DNA of 64,000 nucleotides from an uncultured Fusobacterium sp. (GTDB lineage Bacteria; Fusobacteriota; Fusobacteriia; Fusobacteriales; Fusobacteriaceae). The stretch lies in the NCBI GenBank assembly GCA_963526615.1, contig CAUROF010000002.1:19462-83461 (forward strand), given 5' to 3'. A program made the translations under genes and the position numbers. The first letter of the stretch is position 1. Each line of letters opens with the position of its first letter. A model generated the notes under the pieces. That model made no database searches, was not told the DNA's origin, and was given only the letters and a program-made list of their open reading frames with translations. Positions 50,513 through 60,325 of this stretch are shown here, piece by piece.

Positions 50513-50556
50513 AAAAGGGATAATTGGAAATAAAAAATTTTTAATATCCCTTTTTT
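50513..50556 (+). terminator. Rho-independent terminator
   Basis: AAAAGGGATA / TATCCCTTTT stem plus a T-run. Confidence 0.55.
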
Positions 50557-50648
50557 ATTTTAAACAATTTTCTTTAAAGAATATTTGATTTACTAATATT
50601 ATAGGTATATAATATTAATGAAAAAATATTGTAAGGGAGGTTAGATTT

Positions 50649-52364
50649 ATGAAACAAAAGAGTAATTTTACTTTTCTTCTTTCTTATGCAAAAAATGAAA
50701 AATATAAATTATATCTTTCAGCTTTTTTAAGTGTATGTAGTTCAATACTTATGGTTGTACCTTATATACTTATATACAATATTATTTTGGAGCTATTAAA
50801 AGCAGATTTAGATTATAATAGAATTAAAAAATTAGCTATCTATACTGCAATTTTAATAGTTCTAAGATTAGTATTATTTATATTATCAGGGGTATTTTCA
50901 CATGTGGCAGCATTCAATATACTTTATAATATTAGAATGCAGGCAGTGAAACATTTAGGAAATATTAATTTGGGTTATTTTAGAGAAAAAAATATTGGTG
51001 AGATAAAAAAGGCTATAAATGAAGATGTTGAAAAACTGGAAAATTTTTTAGCACACCAAATTCCAGACTTAGCAGCTGCTATAACAACCCCAATAGTTTT
51101 ATTGGTATTTTTATTTTTCTTAGAGTGGAGAATAGCAATATTTTTAATTATTCCTATAATACTTGCTATTTTAACTCAAATTGCTATGTTTAAAGGTTAT
51201 GGAAAGCGTTTAGATAAATATAATTCTTTACTTCAAAGATTGACTTCAACAATGACTCAGTATATAAAAGGAATGAATGTATTTAAAGCATTTAATTTAA
51301 CTGCACATTCTTTTAAAAAATATATTGATATAAATAATGAATATACAGAAAATTGGCATGAGATGACAGATGATTATAGAGCACCTTATGGAGTATTTTT
51401 AGCAGTTGTGGACTCAGCACTAATTTTTGTTATTCCAAGTGGAGGATATTTATATTTAACAGATAAAATTAATATTTCAACATTCTTAATATTTTTACTT
51501 TTAAGCTATACATTCCTAAGTTCATTTAAGATATTAATGCAATTTGCAGGAACTTTTTCTTTTGTTTTAGCAGGAGCAAATAATGTTAGAAGTATAATTG
51601 AATTTCCTATTCAAAATGATGGAAAAAATTTAAAAGATATTAATTTTAAAGAAGATATTTCATTTAATAATGTTACATTTTCTTATGATAAAAATGATGT
51701 TTTAAAAAATATTAACCTAGTTTTAAAACCTAATACAATAACTGCACTTGTAGGACCATCAGGTTCTGGAAAAACAACTATTTCTTATTTATTAGGTAGA
51801 TTTTGGGATATTCAAAAGGGAAGTATTAAAATTGGGGATACTGATATAAAGGATATAGATGTAAATTATTTATTATCTAATATTTCTTATGTATTCCAAG
51901 ATATTTTTATGCTTACAGATACAATTTTTGAAAATATAAAAATGGGACTTGATAAGACAAAAGAAGAGGTATATCAGGCTGCAAAAGATGCTGAAATTCA
52001 TGAATTTATTATGAGTCTGCCAAATGGTTATGATACAATTATTGGTGATGGATATATAAAATTAAGTGGTGGAGAAAAACAAAGAATTTCAATAGCAAGA
52101 TGTTTACTTAAAAATAGCCCAATAGTTGTTTTAGATGAAATAACTGCTTATTCTGATATAGAAAATGAAGCTAAAATTCAAAGTGCTATTAGAAATTTAT
52201 TAAAAGATAAAACTGCTATTATAATAGCCCACAGATTGTATACTATAAAAGATGTTGATAATATTGTTGTGTTAAATGAAGGAGAAATTGTAGAAAGTGG
52301 AAAACATCAGGATTTAATTACAAAAGAAAATGGTTTATATAAACATCTTTGGGAGGTGAAATAA
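50649..52364 (+). CDS. ABC exporter, fused permease/ATPase (type I exporter half-transporter)
   Basis: 6-TM domain, then GPSGSGKTT, LSGGEKQRISIAR, VVLDE and IIAHR. Confidence 0.85.
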   Translation: MKQKSNFTFLLSYAKNEKYKLYLSAFLSVCSSILMVVPYILIYNIILELLKADLDYNRIKKLAIYTAILIVLRLVLFILSGVFSHVAAFNILYNIRMQAVKHLGNINLGYFREKNIGEIKKAINEDVEKLENFLAHQIPDLAAAITTPIVLLVFLFFLEWRIAIFLIIPIILAILTQIAMFKGYGKRLDKYNSLLQRLTSTMTQYIKGMNVFKAFNLTAHSFKKYIDINNEYTENWHEMTDDYRAPYGVFLAVVDSALIFVIPSGGYLYLTDKINISTFLIFLLLSYTFLSSFKILMQFAGTFSFVLAGANNVRSIIEFPIQNDGKNLKDINFKEDISFNNVTFSYDKNDVLKNINLVLKPNTITALVGPSGSGKTTISYLLGRFWDIQKGSIKIGDTDIKDIDVNYLLSNISYVFQDIFMLTDTIFENIKMGLDKTKEEVYQAAKDAEIHEFIMSLPNGYDTIIGDGYIKLSGGEKQRISIARCLLKNSPIVVLDEITAYSDIENEAKIQSAIRNLLKDKTAIIIAHRLYTIKDVDNIVVLNEGEIVESGKHQDLITKENGLYKHLWEVK

Positions 52365-52367
52365 ATA

Positions 52368-54092
52368 ATGTTAAATAATTTAAAAATGTTATTAGACAAA
52401 GATTACACTCCTGTAAAAAAAGCTACTTATTATCAGTTATTAGATATTTTATTTAATATGATAATTTACACTATTTTATTTTTAACAATATATTCATTGA
52501 TAGAAAAATCTTTTACTATGAATAAAATCTATTGGTACTCTGGATTTTTACTTATAGCCCTTATTTTTAAAAGCCATTTTGGTGGCTGGGGTATGGTTAA
52601 AATGCAAAAAACTGGGAGTACAGCCTCAAAAGATTTAAGAATAGCAATGGGCGATCATGTTAAAAAACTAAATTTAGGTTATTTTAATAGCCATAATTTA
52701 GGATATTTAATTAATATTTTGACTATGGATATAACAGATTTTGAACAAGCTATAACTCATAATATTCCTGATTTATTAAAGGTTTTGGTTCTAAGTGTTT
52801 ATTTATTACTTATAACTTTCTTTATAAATTTTAAACTTGCTATAATTCAAATTGTTGTTGTATTATTGACTATACCCATACTTAAAGTTGGTGGAGAAAA
52901 ATTAGAAAAAATTGGAGTGGAAAAGAAAACTGTTTCTGCTAAATTAATTTCAACTATTATAGAATATATAAGTGGAATTGAAGTTTTTAAAAGTTTTGGA
53001 GTTATAGGAGATAAATTTGAAAGATTAGAAAAGGGGTTTAGAGATTTAAAAAAATATTCTATAAAATTGGAACTTGCTGCTGTTCCTTATGTTTTGTTAT
53101 TTCAAATAATTATAGACTTGTTATTCCCTATTCTTCTATTATTAGCAGTTAGATTTTTTATGAATGGAGAATTGGAAGCTAAGATGTTAGTAGGCTTTAT
53201 AGTTTTAAGTTTAACACTTACTAATGTTATAAGAAATTTTTCAGCTAGTTATTCAATAACAAGATATTTATTTCTTTCAGTTGCTAAAATTTCAGATACT
53301 TTAAATTATCCAACTATTTCATATAAAGATGAAGATTTTAATTTTTCAAGCTATGATATAAGTTTTGAAGATGTTGATTTCTCTTATACAAAAGATAGAA
53401 AAGTTTTAAAAGATATTAATTTTATAGCAAAGAATAATGAAATAACTGCCTTAGTAGGAAAATCTGGTTCTGGAAAATCAACTGTTATGAGTTTGATAGC
53501 AAGATTTTGGGATACAACAAAGGGAAGTATAAAAATTGGTGGAAAGGATATAAAAGAAGTTAATCCTGATTCACTTTTAAAAAATATTAGTATGGTATTT
53601 CAAGATGTTTATTTAATTAATGATACTATTTATGAAAATATTAGAATAGGTAACTTAAATGCTAGTAAAGAAGAAATTATGAATGCTGCCAAAATAGCTA
53701 GCTGTCATGGTTTTATTTCTAAATTACCTAATGGCTATGATACTTATATAGGTGAGGGAGGAAGTACATTGTCAGGTGGAGAAAAACAAAGAATTTCAAT
53801 AGCAAGAGCATTGTTAAAAAATTCTCCAATTATATTATTAGATGAAGCTACTGCCTCTCTTGATGCTGACAGTGAACATGAAATAAAAATGGCTATAAAT
53901 GAATTGATAAAAGATAAGACTGTTATAATTATTGCTCATAGATTAAATACTATAAAAGATGCAAATAAAATAATAGTTATGGATGATGGAAAAATTATTG
54001 AAAGTGGTAATCATGAAAAACTTATGAATGATAAAGGAACTTATTATTCAATGTTTACTGCTATGGAAAAAGCAAAGGAATTCAGTATATAA
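52368..54092 (+). CDS. ABC exporter, fused permease/ATPase (probable heterodimer partner)
   Basis: 6-TM domain, then GKSGSGKST, LSGGEKQRISIAR, ILLDEATASLD and IIAHR. It starts 3 nt after the upstream stop. Confidence 0.85.
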   Translation: MLNNLKMLLDKDYTPVKKATYYQLLDILFNMIIYTILFLTIYSLIEKSFTMNKIYWYSGFLLIALIFKSHFGGWGMVKMQKTGSTASKDLRIAMGDHVKKLNLGYFNSHNLGYLINILTMDITDFEQAITHNIPDLLKVLVLSVYLLLITFFINFKLAIIQIVVVLLTIPILKVGGEKLEKIGVEKKTVSAKLISTIIEYISGIEVFKSFGVIGDKFERLEKGFRDLKKYSIKLELAAVPYVLLFQIIIDLLFPILLLLAVRFFMNGELEAKMLVGFIVLSLTLTNVIRNFSASYSITRYLFLSVAKISDTLNYPTISYKDEDFNFSSYDISFEDVDFSYTKDRKVLKDINFIAKNNEITALVGKSGSGKSTVMSLIARFWDTTKGSIKIGGKDIKEVNPDSLLKNISMVFQDVYLINDTIYENIRIGNLNASKEEIMNAAKIASCHGFISKLPNGYDTYIGEGGSTLSGGEKQRISIARALLKNSPIILLDEATASLDADSEHEIKMAINELIKDKTVIIIAHRLNTIKDANKIIVMDDGKIIESGNHEKLMNDKGTYYSMFTAMEKAKEFSI

Positions 54093-54105
54093 GTATAGAG
54101 AAACA

Positions 54106-54143
54106 GGGCTATTATAAAAATAATTCAAAATTTATAATAGCCC
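54106..54143. terminator. Bidirectional terminator hairpin
   Basis: Perfect 13-bp stem GGGCTATTATAAA / TTTATAATAGCCC between convergent stops. Confidence 0.6.
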
Positions 54144-54151
54144 CTATCTTA

Positions 54152-55087
54152 TTATTTTATTGAGTGTATTATAAAATTAGGATCAGATAAGAATGGTCTT
54201 CCATAGGCAACAAAATCACAATCTCCATCTTCAATTAATTTATTACCTCTACTTAAAGTTTTTATATCATTTACAACAATAACAGGAATATTGACATTTT
54301 TTTTAACTTGAATACCTGTATAGACAAAATCGTTATATTCAAATTCATTAGGTAATTTTAATTTTCTATCCTCTGGTATTCCACTGGATACATGCAATAT
54401 ATCAATACCTAATTTTTCAAGAGCTTTTGCAGTTTCAATATCAGTATTTATATTTTCAGTCCAACCCATTCTATAAGAAATAATAAAATCATCTTTTGAA
54501 AAACTTTTTATAGCTTCTATAATTTCTTTTGCTAAATTTAATCTTTCAATCAAATTTCCACCATAATTATCTTCTCTTTTGTTAGAAATTTCTGAGGATA
54601 GCATATTAAAAAAATATGTATGAGCACCATGTAATTCAATACCATCAAGTCCAGCTTCTTGGCAAAATTTAGCACTCTTTATAAAACAATCTCTAAGATA
54701 AATTAAATCTTCTTTTGACAATCTATTAATATCATTTGAATTTTTTTCAAGAAATTTAAAATTTAAGGTATTTAACTGTGCTATAAATTTAGTGCCATAT
54801 TTATGGTAAGTATCAGAAATTTTTCTTAAATATTCAATATGTTCATTAGAATATATTCCTGCCCAGTTTGAAACATCTCCAACTATTTCTTTTTTATCTG
54901 CAACTAATAATGCTTGGCTAATTATTAAACCTATTCCTTTATCTGCATAGTTTAGATATGTATTAAGTAATTTTTCTTCCATATTTCCATTTTTATTTTT
55001 ATAACCAAAATGCACCATAGGAGCCATCACAATTCTATTAGAAAAGTCAACTCCCTTTACTTTAATTTGACTAAATATATTTGACAT
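54152..55087 (-). CDS. Old Yellow Enzyme-family NADH:flavin oxidoreductase
   Basis: RIVMAPM, HGAHTYFFNMLSSEISNKREDNYGG and FVAYGRPFLSDP motifs. The start is ATG 55087, 7 nt after GAGGAG; the tracked ATG at 55102 lies inside the RBS. Confidence 0.8.
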   Translation of the reverse strand: MSNIFSQIKVKGVDFSNRIVMAPMVHFGYKNKNGNMEEKLLNTYLNYADKGIGLIISQALLVADKKEIVGDVSNWAGIYSNEHIEYLRKISDTYHKYGTKFIAQLNTLNFKFLEKNSNDINRLSKEDLIYLRDCFIKSAKFCQEAGLDGIELHGAHTYFFNMLSSEISNKREDNYGGNLIERLNLAKEIIEAIKSFSKDDFIISYRMGWTENINTDIETAKALEKLGIDILHVSSGIPEDRKLKLPNEFEYNDFVYTGIQVKKNVNIPVIVVNDIKTLSRGNKLIEDGDCDFVAYGRPFLSDPNFIIHSIK

Positions 55088-55109
55088 AATATCACTCCTC
55101 ATTTTTTAC

Positions 55110-55138
55110 TTGATTATCTAAATATTTTTTATTATACT
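55110..55138 (+). promoter_or_regulatory. Candidate sigma-70 promoter of the second HxlR gene
   Basis: TTGATT - 17 nt - TATACT. Confidence 0.4.
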
Positions 55139-55155
55139 ATTTTATATTTATTAAA

Positions 55156-55184
55156 GTAAGTACGCACTTTTTTGAGAGATACTA
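55156..55184 (+). promoter_or_regulatory. Conserved box GTAAGTACGCAC-N9-AGATACTA, copy 2
   Basis: Identical to the 16006-16034 copy in both conserved blocks and in spacing. The following leader and RBS (AAAGGAGAG..AAATGG) are also conserved. Confidence 0.5.
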
Positions 55185-55204
55185 TCTAAAAGGAGAGAAT
55201 TGAA

Positions 55205-55519
55205 ATGGAAAGTATATGTAGAAGTAAACAAGCACCATTTTTAAAGACATTTTCCATGATAAATGGAAAATGGAAGTTGAGAATACTATATGAATTAGCC
55301 TGTGAAAAGATTTTGCGTTATAGTGAATTGAAAAGAAATTTGACACCTATAACACATAAAATGCTAAGTACTCAGTTAAAAGAGCTAGAAGAAGATGATA
55401 TTATAATTAGAAAAGAATATCCACAAGTTCCACCAAAAGTAGAATATTCTCTTTCAGAAAAGGGGATATCTTTTATACCAATTATAAATGCTATGTGTGA
55501 TTGGGGAAAAATAAATTAA
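55205..55519 (+). CDS. HxlR/DUF24-family transcriptional regulator (paralogue of 16053-16394)
   Basis: LKELEEDDIIIRKEYPQVPPKVEYSLSEKGISF...MCDWG. Confidence 0.85.
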   Translation: MESICRSKQAPFLKTFSMINGKWKLRILYELACEKILRYSELKRNLTPITHKMLSTQLKELEEDDIIIRKEYPQVPPKVEYSLSEKGISFIPIINAMCDWGKIN

Positions 55520-55520
55520 T

Positions 55521-55539
55521 GGTTGGCAAATAGCCAACC
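55521..55539. terminator. Short bidirectional hairpin
   Basis: GGTTGGC aaata GCCAACC between convergent stops, flanked by A/T runs. Confidence 0.5.
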
Positions 55540-55544
55540 AAAAA

Positions 55545-57107
55545 TTATTTTTTTACAACACCATTTATCCAATTAAATAATTCTTCCAAATCATAATCTC
55601 CACCATGTCCTTGTCCCCAAGGAGCAGCAAAGTCTACAACTTTTCCAGAATTTTTTAATTTTAAAGCTAATATTGCTGGGATAGCAAGAGAAGTATCTTT
55701 ATCTATTGCCCCATGTCTTATTCTCCAATATTTAGTTGAAGTATTATTATCAATATAATTCATAGGGTTCATCATTTTTATTATATTTTTATCTGCCATT
55801 TTTGGAACTACAATTTTATTATTTTTATCATTAAATTTACCAGTTCTAAAATATTCAATGGCATCTTTATTAGCTATATCAAAAGAAAACTTAGTAAAAT
55901 GTTTATTATCAGATTTTTTATCACCAAATAAATTGTTTTCACCTGAACTTGCATCTAAACTATCAAAAGCAGGAGGAGATTTCATTCTATCCCCAATATG
56001 AGTATAAACATCTAAATTAACTGCTACAACCTTATTATTTTCAACAGTAAAAGCTTTTCTAAATTGGCTGATGTCTTTGCCTTCTCTTAAAGCTTTATTG
56101 GCAGAATTTCTAATTATAATTGAAAGATAAGTTTTAAAACTTCCATTACCACTTTTATCAAGAGTTAATAAATTACCTCCATCATCAGTCAGTTTTAAAC
56201 TATTCAAATAAATTGGAAATAGAGTTTTTAATTTATTAGATATTTTTATTTCCTCATTAGTCAGATTTCCTTGAACAATTGAACGACTTAAACTTCTATC
56301 ATTATATTCTTGTGCAGAAGTATTTCTAGTGAATTCCATTCTTGAATATGAGTTAACTCCATTGTACATCCATTCATAAGCAGAATCTGCATTTTCTAAA
56401 TTTGTAATAGGACAGTAAGCAGATACTGCAAAAATATCATCTCTTGTGTCAGCTGCACCAATTTCTTTTAAATAAGGTAAATAATCAGCTGAATTACCTG
56501 TCGCCCCTAAAAGAGCAGACAGTGCACCACCAGCACTTGTTCCATTTGAAATTATCTTATTAGCATCTCCTGGCATAACTTCATCATTAAGATAGAGGTA
56601 TCTAACAGCTGCTTTTAAATCAACTATTGCAGCAGGAGCTTTTCCCATATAGTTACCTTTATTATCTGTTAAAGTTCTACCTCTTGCACCAGGAGCTGCA
56701 ACAACATAACCTTTTGACAAAGCATAAGTTAGAGAATTAGCTTTTCCATCTCTACCAAGTCCTACGGTATCAGCTTTTCCTGGCATATATCCTCCAACAG
56801 TGTTAGGGAAAAATATAGGAGCATTGCTACTATTGTAACTTCCAATAGATGAATTATTAAAATATTCTTCTGGAATATAGATATTCATATTTTGATAATC
56901 TTTATCCACAGGATTTTTTACATAAACAATATTTTCATAAGCACGATATTTTATTTTTTGTCCATTGATTTCAGTTTCTTTTGAAACATATTTATCTGGA
57001 TTAAATTTTAAATCATACTCATTTTTCACAGTTTTTGCATTCTTTTGAGCTGCAAATAACACAGAACTAAATAAACAAAATAGCATTAAAAATTTTAATT
57101 TTTTCAT
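55545..57107 (-). CDS. Secreted alpha/beta-hydrolase resembling subtype-B tannase (tannin acyl hydrolase)
   Basis: Signal peptide MKKLKFLMLFCLFSSVLFA. The nucleophile elbow ISNGTSAGGALSALLG (G-x-S-x-G) and C-terminal WGQGHGGDYD resemble bacterial subtype-B tannases, recalled from memory. Confidence 0.55.
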   Translation of the reverse strand: MKKLKFLMLFCLFSSVLFAAQKNAKTVKNEYDLKFNPDKYVSKETEINGQKIKYRAYENIVYVKNPVDKDYQNMNIYIPEEYFNNSSIGSYNSSNAPIFFPNTVGGYMPGKADTVGLGRDGKANSLTYALSKGYVVAAPGARGRTLTDNKGNYMGKAPAAIVDLKAAVRYLYLNDEVMPGDANKIISNGTSAGGALSALLGATGNSADYLPYLKEIGAADTRDDIFAVSAYCPITNLENADSAYEWMYNGVNSYSRMEFTRNTSAQEYNDRSLSRSIVQGNLTNEEIKISNKLKTLFPIYLNSLKLTDDGGNLLTLDKSGNGSFKTYLSIIIRNSANKALREGKDISQFRKAFTVENNKVVAVNLDVYTHIGDRMKSPPAFDSLDASSGENNLFGDKKSDNKHFTKFSFDIANKDAIEYFRTGKFNDKNNKIVVPKMADKNIIKMMNPMNYIDNNTSTKYWRIRHGAIDKDTSLAIPAILALKLKNSGKVVDFAAPWGQGHGGDYDLEELFNWINGVVKK

Positions 57108-57121
57108 ATTATCTCCTAAAA

Positions 57122-58216
57122 CTAAACTCTAATATTAACAGGCATAATTAAATAAATATAATCTTCATTTCCCTCTTCTAAAAATCTTAACATAGAACTT
57201 GAATTAGTGGCTTCTATAATAATATTTTTATCAACATTATCTATAAATTCTTTGATATATTTACAATTCATTCCTAATTTTAAGTCTTCACCAGTTTTAA
57301 TCATATTAACCTTTTGATTAATTTTAGCATTAGAAGAAACACCACTTATTACAAGTTGATTCCCTTTGAAGTTAAAGGTAGCAACATTTTTAGAATCATT
57401 ACTATTTTTAGTTACAGATATAACCTTTTTAAGTGCTAAATTTAATTCATCTCTATTAAATTCAAATCTTTTATCGTGATTTGTATTATTGATAAGAGGT
57501 CTAAAATCTGGGAAGTTTAAAGATAATAGTTTACAAGTAAAATAAGCATCTTTCCAAGTTACAATAAGTCTATCATCACTTGCTGCAAGGGAAAATTCTT
57601 CATCTAAATCTTTAAATATCTTATAAAGAACTCCTATACTATCTCCTGGAACTAAGATATCTTTATTTATTGTGTTATTAAGCTCTTTTTTCATATATAT
57701 AAGTCTAAATGAATCTGTTGAAACAAGTTCTAAAATATTATCTTTAAATATCATTTTTATTGAATTAAATAAAGTATCCATACTAGCAGATGAGTTAGTA
57801 AGAAATTTTACTTTTTCAAGTAACATAGTAAATTTTACAGTATTTTCAGTTGCAATAACTATTGGAATAATTTCAGTAAGTTCTGGGTAGGTATTATCAT
57901 CTAATATTGAAAATTCAGCATTATTTACAATTAAATAACCATCTTTCTTTTCAAAATTGATGTTATCTCCCTCAACTAATTTAATATATTCTAAAAGTAA
58001 AGCAGGTTTTATTAAGACTTGTCCTTCACTTTCAATTTCACAATTTGCATATCTTATAAGTTCAATTTCAGTATTAGCACCTTTAAATACAACTTGATTA
58101 TTTTTAGCTTGTATAAATAGTCCTGCCAGACTTGGTTTAACAGGATTATCCTTTAAAATATTTGAATATTCTCCAATTATTTCTATTGTTTTTTGTCTAT
58201 TTATAGAAAATTTCAT
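57122..58216 (-). CDS. dnaN: DNA polymerase III beta sliding clamp
   Basis: MKFSINRQK start, VSTDSFRL, NFPDF and C-terminal YLIMPVNIRV; ~364 aa with a three-domain layout. The start is ATG 58216 after GGGAGGG; the tracked 14-aa extension is unlikely. Confidence 0.85.
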   Translation of the reverse strand: MKFSINRQKTIEIIGEYSNILKDNPVKPSLAGLFIQAKNNQVVFKGANTEIELIRYANCEIESEGQVLIKPALLLEYIKLVEGDNINFEKKDGYLIVNNAEFSILDDNTYPELTEIIPIVIATENTVKFTMLLEKVKFLTNSSASMDTLFNSIKMIFKDNILELVSTDSFRLIYMKKELNNTINKDILVPGDSIGVLYKIFKDLDEEFSLAASDDRLIVTWKDAYFTCKLLSLNFPDFRPLINNTNHDKRFEFNRDELNLALKKVISVTKNSNDSKNVATFNFKGNQLVISGVSSNAKINQKVNMIKTGEDLKLGMNCKYIKEFIDNVDKNIIIEATNSSSMLRFLEEGNEDYIYLIMPVNIRV

Positions 58217-58230
58217 TAAAATTCCCTCCC

Positions 58231-59259
58231 TTAGTTTGCTATTAAAATTTCTTGCCAATATTTATTTTGTATATTTAATTTATCTCCAATGTCTATTAAA
58301 AGTTGAGCATTTTTTGTTTTATCAACATCATATAGAGGCTTCTTAGTCACAAGCTCATCTGCTCCTTTATTTATGCTAGGAATTTCAATAGTATCTGAGA
58401 TTTTAGCATATACATCTGGTCTGTGGATATAGTTTATAAATTTCATAGCATTTTCAAAATTTTTAGAATCTTTTAAAACTACAAATGAATCTATTGAAGA
58501 ATATCCTTGATCATCAGGTGGAATTATAAAGTCCACATTTTCTCTATCCTCTTCTGAAAGTTCTCTGTAAATATTATCTGGATATCCTTGTACTACCCAG
58601 AAATCTCCATTGGCAAATCCTTTTCCATAAGATTCAGCATCAAATTTTGCAATATTTTTCTTCCAGTTTAAAATAGTAGATTTTGCTTTTTCCATAGCTT
58701 CTGTTGAATCAGCATCTTGTTTATATCCATTTAAAGCTAGTGCAGGAACAAAAACTTCTCTCATATCATCTAAAAGTGTCATTCTTCCAGCTAAATCTTC
58801 TCTATTATAAATAGTGTAATCTCTTGGATAATCTTTTACAAACTTTTTATTTACAGCTATACAAGTAATTCCCCTCATATAAGGAACTCCATAGTCATTT
58901 TCTGGGTCAAATTCTCTTAATTGTGCCATATAAGTATCATCAATATTTTCAATATTTTCTAATTGAGATTTATCTAATTTTGCCAGCATATCTTCTTTCA
59001 TCATTATTTCATAATAATCACTAGATGGCATAATAATATCATAGCCTTCTCCACCAGCTTTGATTTTTGTGTACATTTCTTCATTAGAAGAATAAATATC
59101 TTCAACAACTTTTATACCAGTTTCATTTTCAAAATCTTCATATACAAACTGGGGGATATAGTCAGCCCAACTATACACATATAAAGTATTTTCATCTTTA
59201 CTATCCCCACAAGAAACTAATACAATAAGTGCTAAAAATAATAAAAATATTTTTTTCAT
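58231..59259 (-). CDS. potD: Spermidine/putrescine ABC transporter substrate-binding lipoprotein
   Basis: Lipobox LIVLVSC|GD, LYVYSWADYIP, and overall PotD/PotF layout. Confidence 0.8.
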   Translation of the reverse strand: MKKIFLLFLALIVLVSCGDSKDENTLYVYSWADYIPQFVYEDFENETGIKVVEDIYSSNEEMYTKIKAGGEGYDIIMPSSDYYEIMMKEDMLAKLDKSQLENIENIDDTYMAQLREFDPENDYGVPYMRGITCIAVNKKFVKDYPRDYTIYNREDLAGRMTLLDDMREVFVPALALNGYKQDADSTEAMEKAKSTILNWKKNIAKFDAESYGKGFANGDFWVVQGYPDNIYRELSEEDRENVDFIIPPDDQGYSSIDSFVVLKDSKNFENAMKFINYIHRPDVYAKISDTIEIPSINKGADELVTKKPLYDVDKTKNAQLLIDIGDKLNIQNKYWQEILIAN

Positions 59260-59329
59260 TTATACCTCCCAATTTAATTTGTTACATCAGTTTATTATAC
59301 CTTATTTATGAATATTTTAATAGAAATTA

Positions 59330-60199
59330 TTATTGTTTATTATCAATATTAATATTATTTTTTACATATAAATCAAGTTTATTATAAGGGATTTCAATTC
59401 CATTTTTATCAAAAAATTTCTTAACATTAATATTACAATCTAGCATTGTATCAAGATAGTCTTCCTTTCTTACCCAAGCTCTAAATACATAATCAAGTGA
59501 ACTAGCATTTTGTTTATTTAAACTAATAGTAACAGGTAAATCAGGATTATTTTTTATAATTCTTGGTTCATTTTCAATAACTTGATTTAAAACAGAAATA
59601 ACTTTATCTATTGGATTATCATAAGAAGCTGAATAAACCAAATCAAGTCTTCTGTATGGGTTTCTTGAATAATTAACAATAGAAGCATTAGCTATTTGAC
59701 TATTTGGGACAATTACTAATGGTCCATTAGGTTGTTGTATTGTTGTATATAGTATATGTATACTTTGTACAGTTCCTTCAATAGTCCCATCTAAACTTGA
59801 TATAAAATCTCCCTTAGATACTTGTTTAAAAAATAAAATCAAAATTCCACTAGCAAGATTAGCTAAACTTCCTTGTAATGCTAGACCAACTGCAACTCCT
59901 GCTGTACCTAAAATTGTAACAAGTGATGTTGCTCTTATTCCAATAATTCCAATTAATATAAAGGCTAAAATAATATACATAACTGTCTTTATTAAAGATT
60001 TTAAAAAAGATATAAGTAAAGGATCATTATGTTTTAATGACATTGCTTTATCTAAACTTTTAATTAAAAATTTTGTAATCTTGGGCCATATAAAACAAAT
60101 CAATAAAAAGACTATTATTTTTCCAGCAAGTATTGGTAGATAGTGTTCCAAAGCTACCAATAAATTTTCTAACATTTTTTCATAAAAAGTACTGTTCAT
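59330..60199 (-). CDS. MscS-family mechanosensitive channel
   Basis: 3 TM segments, then KGDFI..GTVQSIHILYTTIQQPNGPLVIVPNSQIANASIVNYS, the MscS beta-domain signature. Confidence 0.8.
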   Translation of the reverse strand: MNSTFYEKMLENLLVALEHYLPILAGKIIVFLLICFIWPKITKFLIKSLDKAMSLKHNDPLLISFLKSLIKTVMYIILAFILIGIIGIRATSLVTILGTAGVAVGLALQGSLANLASGILILFFKQVSKGDFISSLDGTIEGTVQSIHILYTTIQQPNGPLVIVPNSQIANASIVNYSRNPYRRLDLVYSASYDNPIDKVISVLNQVIENEPRIIKNNPDLPVTISLNKQNASSLDYVFRAWVRKEDYLDTMLDCNINVKKFFDKNGIEIPYNKLDLYVKNNINIDNKQ

Positions 60200-60280
60200 T
60201 TTTTACCTCACAAAAATTATTTTATAACTAATAAAGTATATTATTTTTTTCTAAAAATAACAAGAAAAATTATTAAAATA

Positions 60281-60317
60281 AAAAATTGTTACATATCAAT
60301 AAAATGTAACAATTTTT
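60281..60317 (-). terminator. Terminator hairpin
   Basis: Perfect 14-bp stem AAAAATTGTTACAT / ATGTAACAATTTTT downstream of the CoA-transferase gene stop (60326). Confidence 0.6.
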
Positions 60318-60325
60318 AAATTTTT

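Noticed and set aside
50649-54092. ABC exporter pair as a bacteriocin or siderophore export system.
   Set aside because: There is no peptidase C39 domain and no adjacent precursor peptide, modification enzyme, NRPS or receptor genes. Both NBDs have the canonical Walker A, signature motif and Walker B glutamate. It is a generic heterodimeric exporter.
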